From assembly GCF_009914755.1 (NCBI RefSeq), contig NC_060945.1: DNA of 64,000 nucleotides; one strand, 5' to 3'. Source of the DNA: the human T2T-CHM13v2.0 reference genome, Homo sapiens. This document shows positions 32,635-64,000 of this stretch, in pieces. The position numbers and the translations under genes are program-made. Under the pieces are notes generated by a model, which saw nothing but the letters and a program-made list of their open reading frames with translations, was not told the DNA's origin and made no database searches. Position 1 is the stretch's first letter; each line of letters opens with the position of its first letter.

Positions 32635-33048
32635 TTCCATGGACAGCCTGTATTGAAGTTTTATTTTTTTTCTATACAAGTGATTGATTAACAATATAAT
32701 TAATGGGATGTCATTTTATACCCTGACAAGTTTAAATGTAAATAAATTGGCACCACCTTTAATCAGACTGATGTCCTGACTTGCACAGGAAACACGCACC
32801 TAACCTCACCAACCTCAAGCCCTCCCTCCTCAAGTCTCCATGCAAAGACTGTGCCAGTCAGAGTGGAGCTGTCCCCCCGACGAGCCCCCAGAAGCACCCG
32901 GCCGGCCATGGCTGTCATTTTGAGGGCGGAAAATAACTGGATTTCTGGTTAATTGGTGACATCCTCAAGAGCTGTGGCAAGCCATGTCTCGGCCGCGTGA
33001 TGGGGCAGACATGGTGGGTCCTGACGGCCTTGTCTTCACCAAGTGCTC
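32635..33048 (-). other. ITGB2: ITGB2 3' UTR (~410 nt) with an AUUUAUUUA element near 32731-32750; 3' end approximate
   Basis: Lies between the stop codon and AATAAA; cleavage site inferred 15-30 nt downstream of the signal. Confidence 0.85.
32660..32665 (-). terminator. ITGB2 polyadenylation signal AATAAA
   Basis: tttatt on the + strand, ~385 nt after the stop, at the end of an AT-rich block. Confidence 0.9.
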
Positions 33049-57470
<24,422 letters not shown>

Positions 57471-57734
57471 GTCCTGTGGAGGGAAGGGGTCTTGGTGACG
57501 GTCTCAGGCCCAACCCCTGGGGCTGACCACCCATGAAGCTCCCCTCCAGCTGGCCTGGGACAAGGAGCTGGGGCCCTGTCCCTGCTGCAGGGGGTGGGTT
57601 AGGGTCAGGCCAGCACAGCTGCACTGGGCCCAGCTGCCAACAGCCAGGGAGGGAGGGATCCCGGGCTCAGCAGTGCGGGCAGCACACCTGCTCAGCCAGG
57701 CACCCAGGACAGCTGCAGCGGGCCCCTGCAGAGG

Positions 57735-58075
57735 CACACAACACAGGCACACACACACATGCAGACGTGTACACACACCACACATGCACGTGTACGTGCA
57801 TACAGATGTGTGCCTGACTGCATGTACACACCACGTGCATGCACACACCACACATATACATGCATCACACCACACATATGTACACACAGAGATGTATACA
57901 CCCCTTACCCACACCATACTCCCCGCAAGACACTACACACCACACACAAATATACACATGCACACGTACACACACATACACACCACACAGACACACACAC
58001 CACACGCACACACCATACACACGTGCAAATGTACACGCACACAAACACCAGAACCCCACACACCCGGTGTGTGCA
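57735..58075. repeat. CA-rich low-complexity tract upstream of ITGB2 exon 2
   Basis: Degenerate (CA)n. Confidence 0.88.
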
Positions 58076-58167
58076 CTCTGCCCCAGTGTGCCCCAGGTCC
58101 TCCGTGAGCAGAGCCTGTGCTTGGAGGAGAGCTGGGCTTGGCCCTGTCTCTCTGTGGCAGAAACATA

Positions 58168-58263
58168 GCCAGGAAGAGAAAGCTGGCTGGATGCCCGCGG
58201 GTGCCAGGCTGTGTGCCAGGAAGAGAAAGCTGGCTTGATGCCCGCGGGTGCCAAGCTGTGTGC
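58168..58263. repeat. 47-bp tandem duplication
   Basis: gccaggaagagaaagctggct.gatgcccgcgggtgcca.gctgtgt x2. Confidence 0.88.
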
Positions 58264-59470
58264 TAGGCCTGCCCAGGAGCCCTGCAGTCCCTGCCAGGTG
58301 GGAAAAAAAGTCACCTGACTTGCCCAAGCCACCAGTTGCCGGGGTCCTGCCCTTTTGTTTCCAGATACACACCCACCCCGTCCTTAACCCACGCATCCAC
58401 AGCCAGGGGCGGCTCAGTGGTCACTCACAGGCCCTCGGCCCCAGAGGCAAAATGACGGAAGCAGGCCTCAGCCTGGTGCTGGAGGCCGGCAGCACCTCCT
58501 AGCGGGCAGCAGGGCCGTTCCACCCCTGGGTTCCCTTCCCTCCATCCGGGAGGTGCCCAAACCAGGCCTAGGTCGGCTCCTTGGGGGGTCTTAGGGCTTC
58601 CTAGGTGGGGTGGGCCCCTGGGTCTGACCTCCCAGGACCTGAGAACATTATAGCTGGCTGGGACCCTTTTATCTGGCACCAAGAAGGTGGAGAGGTACTG
58701 AGAAGGGGTACCCAGGAGCCTTCCTGTCATGGTGGGCAGGAAGACATTTCCGTTACCCTGGGGCTGTTGTCAGAAGCAAAGATCAACACACCTCCTCCAG
58801 CAAATGCCAGTTCCTGTCACGGCCTCCCAGGCTGCTGGGGCGTTCCTGCCCCACACCCTTCCCTCGGGTGGTGCTGGCAGGGCCACCCAAGGTTCAGTGG
58901 GCAGACCCAAGCCAGCAGAGCCCCAAACTAGGGCCTGCCGGCTTTGAAGACAGCGCTGGGTGCTGTGCTGTGGCCCGGGAGGCTCGGGTGCCCTCAGCCA
59001 CAGGCCCTGGCTCCCCTCCATCCCCCGAAAGCCCTGCACCTGTGCTGGGGGCTCTGAGGCCAACGGAACACCCACCAGGGGCCCATCTGAGGATCCCACA
59101 GCTTAGACGCCCCAACAAGCCCCAAGGTCCTGTTGTTTTGGCAGTGACCTCATTCCCTGGTTCCCAGCAAAATTATAATCAGAATACAAAAATGTCAAAA
59201 GGGAACCCTTGATCCTTCCCGTCCTGGGGTCAAAAACAGAACCTGCACCCTGCTGTAACTTCCTGGAGGAGGTGGTTTTGGTTCACATTGGGCCCACCCT
59301 GTGTCTGAAAGCCCCCATATCTCTGATCGTTGGGGGTTGTGGTTCAGGCCGAGGCCAGTTCCAGCTCTCCATCTGGGCCCCCTCAAAGTCCTGCGCCTGG
59401 ACTGACCTCGGTGCCACGAGTGCCCACCAGCCCCTCAGCTGATCGGAGGCCCTGTGCATGCTGGAGCTAC

Positions 59471-59721
59471 CCCAGGGTGCAGGGTCCAGCCAGCTTCAGG
59501 ACTCCCCCAGGGTGCAGGGTCCAGCCGGCTTCAGGACTCCCCCAGGGTGCAGGGTCCAGCCGGCTTCAGGACTCCCCCAGGGTGCAGGGTCCAGCCGGCT
59601 TCAGGACTCCCCCAGGGTGCAGGGTCCAGCCGGCTTCAGGACTCCCCCAGGGTGCAGGGTCCAGCCGGCTTCAGGACTCCCCCAGGGTGCAGGGTCCAGC
59701 CAGCTTCAGGACTCCCCCAGG
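59471..59721. repeat. 35-bp VNTR, 7 near-perfect copies (ITGB2 intron 1)
   Basis: cccagggtgcagggtccagcc(g/a)gcttcaggactcc. Confidence 0.95.
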
Positions 59722-60597
59722 TCGCAGCTGCGCCAAGTGGGGAGGGGGTGCAGACCTCCCCTGGCAGCCCCAGCCAGGCTGGTAAGGACTCACACCCCAG
59801 CTCCACGCTCTCCCTGGGGCCGCAGACATGAGGTCTCCGCCCCTAACACAGTCGTGACCAGTGGCATGCAAACACTTCATACCCTCAAATGGGGAAACTG
59901 AGGGCCCCAGCAGCAGCAAGATATGGACCTGGTGCCCAGTTACCCCGGGCACTCCCACCTGCCCACAGGGAGAGGGGGTGCACCTTGATTCCAGCAGGAT
60001 TGGCTCAGAGACCACGGCACCCCAACCTTGACCACAGGAAGGGGGCTGGTGGGGAGCCACCTTCTCCCCACTGTTGCTCCTCCATGAGCAGCCCTGGGGG
60101 GCTTGGAGCTGGGGGCACAAGAGAAGCCAGGCCCTGCCCCACCCCCCAATGCCAGTGGCTGAGCCCAGACAAACAGCTGGGGATGAAGGTCCGCTCCAGG
60201 AGGTAAGGCAGTGCACTGAGCCTGGCAGCCAGCCTCCCTTCTGTGGGAGAACAGGGCAGGGCAGCCCCTCTGCCCAGCAGCCAGGATGGCCCACGGAGGT
60301 CCAGGGCCTCACCTGAGGCCTGAGAGACCAAGACCCCATCAGGCCTATCTGCCTCAGTTTCCTCCATGTGCCTGGAGGTGGTCGAAGGGCCTGTGCCAGC
60401 TCCCTGGGGGATGGGAATGGGTAAGGCACAGATGGAGGGCAGCATTCGGGCAAACAGGTGCCTGGCCACTGTCACCTCTGGTGCCCTGAGGCTAAGCCGG
60501 CAGAGTTGCAGGGCAGGAGGGGAGGAAGAGCACAGACACCCCCCACCCCAGCCCCTGAGCTGGCCCCAGAGCTCTGGCCTGGAGCCTGATCACCCTG

Positions 60598-60700
60598 AGG
60601 CCCTCCCTGCTGCCCCACACTGGGGGCAGGTGCCCTCCTCATCCTCCAAGGCCCTCCCTGCTGCCCCACACCAGGGGCGGGTGCCCTCCTCATCCTCCAG
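60598..60700. repeat. 51-bp tandem duplication
   Basis: aggccctccctgctgccccacac...gtgccctcctcatcctcca x2. Confidence 0.88.
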
Positions 60701-61189
60701 CTCTGGACTTCCCCCATCTAAGGGCGGGCGGGTCCCCTTACCAAGACCTAAGGTGCAAAACCCAAAGCTGAGGCTGCTTAGGAATCCACAGCCCCACAGG
60801 CCTCTCAGAACCTTGCATCAGAGTCGCCCTTGACCTCAACCCTGCCCGAGAAGGAAGTGCTGGTGCAACCCCAGCCCAGCTGCAGGAAGTGGTACCTGTC
60901 ACCAAGTCCCCTGCACAGGGGAAGCAGGGGGCTGAGGGGGCAGGACCAGGGGGACGAGGTCATCCTTCCCCGGAGAACCCCTCAGGGGCCGGGCGCCCTT
61001 CCCTCCCGGGCACCAAATGGACACAGCTAACAAGAACCACACTTCACGGTGAGCAAAGCTCTGAACATTCAGGCTCTGAGACACGAAAGCGGCGTCAGAA
61101 GAGATCTGCAGCAGATCCGGGCCAAATCACACACACCCTTTCACAGAAGTCGAGGACAGGAGAACAGGAGCAAACACAGGAAAGGAAGA

Positions 61190-61872
<683 letters not shown>

Positions 61873-62450
61873 TCAGGCTTCCTTTTTGCAACCCCGTAAA
61901 ACCCTAAGACGAGACCGCTTGAGGAACCAGAGGCCCCGCAGACCCATTGGAACTTTGCATCAGAGCTTCCTCCTGCCTGTGCTGAAACCCACCTTGCGCT
62001 GTCTTAGAGGAGAGGCACTCGCATCAAAGTGACTCGGAGGTGCGCGGGAAGTGATGGACGATGCCGCCAGGGGACAAGGTTGGAAGGAAGAGGACATGGG
62101 AGCCAACCCCTGCGCTGGGAACTGAAGGCTCAAGGGATGATTATAAACTAGGCATCCACCTTTTAAGCCAAAAGCCAGAGCATCAAGATGGACTCATTTC
62201 TGCTTTGTAGGAACGTGATAAAGAACTGGAGAGAAGTGCCGTCAGGTGGGGACTGGAACACTGTCCTTGGATCACAGAGGCTCCAGGAAATCCAGGGACA
62301 AAAACAGGTCAGATCAAATAGGAACAAGTCGGAGCAGAGAGGATGCAGGAAAACCCAGCCCATGTCGCCTCTGAACCTGCGACCCTGCAAAAGCGTATTT
62401 TCCCAAGGGTCAGGGAGACGTGTTCCTACTGTTGGTTTGACTATCTGTGA

Positions 62451-62769
<319 letters not shown>

Positions 62770-62914
62770 TGATAGCACAAATTTTAAAGGCCACAATTTG
62801 TGGCCAAATGAAATAAAATGAGACACCCCACCCCCCCGACACACACATATTAATAAGGAATGCTAAAGTACTCTGCTAAATACCTGAAGTCAAAGGGAAA
62901 TCAAATGATATTTA

Positions 62915-63436
<522 letters not shown>

Positions 63437-64000
63437 CTAAGGGGGAAAATAGCAAGAAGACAGACTCTAAAAATGGCACATGTTGTACTAACAAATTGCA
63501 TAGAGGAAATAGCTATTATCTCTCTAGTGCAAAAGGTAAATGGTAATCTTCATCTCTAAAGAGATCTTAGAAATTAATAACAAAAAGGTAAATACTCCAT
63601 TCAAGGATGTTTCAAGGGTGTGGCACCCTGAGCAGGTAATTCACAAAAGAAGGAAGAAAACTGGCTAAGAAACATATGAGTCACCCCAGGAAAGAACCAG
63701 GGATTTCAGCCAAAATATCTTGATTCCCTGTGTAGCCGTCAACGTGTAAGATGCTTTGGCGGTTTCGGTGCCTGCGCTATGGAGTCCCACACAGCAACGA
63801 AAACATGCAAACAGCTGCTCAGGGCAGCTTGGCTTCGTGGTAAAAGTGAATTTATGGGGAAAAAAAGAGAGACACAGTTCCAAAATATTCTGCATTTCTC
63901 TGGGTGGTGGCACTATGAGTATTTTCAATTTTCATTATTCCTGTTTGTATTTTCCACCCTTTTTGTGATAAATGAATAAAGGACATTTTAAAAATGGAAT

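Noticed and set aside
60598-60700. CTCF-like motifs in the 51-bp duplication
   Set aside because: Only a partial match to the consensus in very GC-rich sequence; not supportable without ChIP data

Overview
Human (or closely related hominid) genomic DNA matching the chr21q22.3 PTTG1IP-ITGB2 locus, with both genes on the minus strand. ITGB2 (integrin beta-2/CD18) is present from its ATG exon (57470) to its stop codon (33049) and poly(A) signal (32660-32665). It has 15 coding exons, all with GT-AG junctions, summing to 2310 nt (769 aa + stop); its non-coding first exon lies beyond the right edge. PTTG1IP (PBF) coding exons 1-5 (20370 to 2048, 496 nt) are present and its last exon lies beyond the left edge. 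The PTTG1IP CpG-island promoter carries a six-copy 18-bp ERE-half-site VNTR and three NRF1-type motifs. Directly behind it, head-to-head, is a decayed ERV1-class provirus (protease, RT, integrase and env-TM motifs) containing nested Alus and a solo LTR. The rest is about 18 Alus, old L1 fragments, solo LTRs and many minisatellites and short tandem duplications. I found no convincing new protein-coding gene or CRISPR-like system. The most interesting unexplained signals are: (i) four locally templated insertion or fold-back junction scars inside old repeats; (ii) a shared PSI-domain architecture in the two adjacent genes; (iii) complementary UG-rich and CA-rich tracts flanking the in-frame MIDAS exon of ITGB2. 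Repeat family names are from recall, not from a database search.
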